DNA from: Psilocybe cubensis
Taxonomy: Eukaryota
Assembly (NCBI GenBank): GCA_017499595.2
Contig: CM039006.1
Coordinates: forward strand, 372,001-436,000
DNA: 64,000 bases
Direction: 5' to 3'
Shown here: positions 63,257 to 64,000 of the stretch, in pieces
Layout of the letters: each line of letters begins with the position of its first letter
Position numbering within the stretch: the first letter of the stretch is position 1
Translations under genes and position numbers: made by a program
Notes under the pieces: model-generated
The model's input: only the letters and a program-made list of their open reading frames with translations
Told to the model about the DNA's origin: nothing
Databases searched by the model: none

Positions 63257-64000
63257 ATGGACTTTCTCAATTTGAATCAATATTCGGAACTTCTTCCGCC
63301 ATTTGATATAATATCAAGTAAGCAATTATATTATTTATATCTAAACATATTATACTTAAATCTAATTCATTTAGAATCTTTTGGCTATCTATTAAAAGAC
63401 ATCAATGCCGAAATCGAAACTGCCTTCATTATGAAATATGTTCCAATCAACCAACGTTGGACTGAGCTTGACACTTTAGGTGTCTGGAACAACCAGATCA
63501 AATGGAGGCGATATCAGCATAAATGTCTTATTGACCCATGGCATTATACTTTACGCAATTTTAGCGTATGTATTACATGTCATGCTAAAGAAGCAATATT
63601 TTCTGTATTTCCTTATGGATCTGATAGATTTCCTGGATACGGCACAATTGTCCAGGAATTTGTAGAATTTGGTTATAAAGAATATGCTATATATGCTTTA
63701 GTAAGTCATTTTACACTATATACTAATATTTTTATATTTATTTTTGCTATTTTAGGATGCTAATTCAGAGCTGATTGAAGGTTATTGTATTGAACCAATT
63801 ACCAACGACATTTACTGGCCAACAAACGACGTATTTGTTGTTTCTGTTAGCTCTATTAGTTTTGTGGCAGCATATTACTTGCTAGAACCAATTCTAAGCA
63901 GCAAGTATGTGGTATATGTTGCACTTGTATCCCGTTTCATCGACAAAACAGACTGGAAGAAATTTTTGGAGTTTTTCAATATCAAGGATTCCGAGGATAT
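63257..64000 (+). CDS. Hypothetical AT-rich protein, runs off window end
   Basis: 168-codon ORF, then intron (gtaagt about 63701 to tttag about 63755) into an open frame continuing to 64000. No family recognised. Confidence 0.4.

Overview
Intron-rich fungal DNA, most likely an agaricomycete (short GT-AG introns, typical Agaricales gene families). There are two compartments. (1) 1-~18.8 kb is ordinary host sequence: the 3' end of Cft1/CPSF160, two tandem Cys-type GSTs, a NACHT NTPase, a DHA1-type MFS transporter, a cytochrome P450 and an SDR. (2) ~19.7-64 kb is an accessory, partly AT-rich region. It opens with an uninterrupted ~1950-codon Helitron Rep/PIF1-helicase ORF (minus strand). It then carries three diverged but apparently splice-intact paralogues of core genes: a ribonucleotide reductase small subunit that has lost its radical Tyr and about three of six iron ligands, an Rna15/CstF-64 paralogue, and a Cdt2/DTL-like WD40 protein. 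It also holds broken host-gene fragments (ArfGAP, Vps11, RZ-finger, PDR-type ABC transporter), three TIR/TSD-bounded MITEs, orphan repeat proteins, an inverted dispersed duplication and tandem-repeat arrays. The main hypothesis is a large cargo-carrying rolling-circle element or island with S-phase/dNTP and mRNA 3'-end regulators. Its boundaries are not established, and a 100-N gap (39894-39993) breaks the evidence for physical linkage. Exon models and family calls were made by eye, without database searches.
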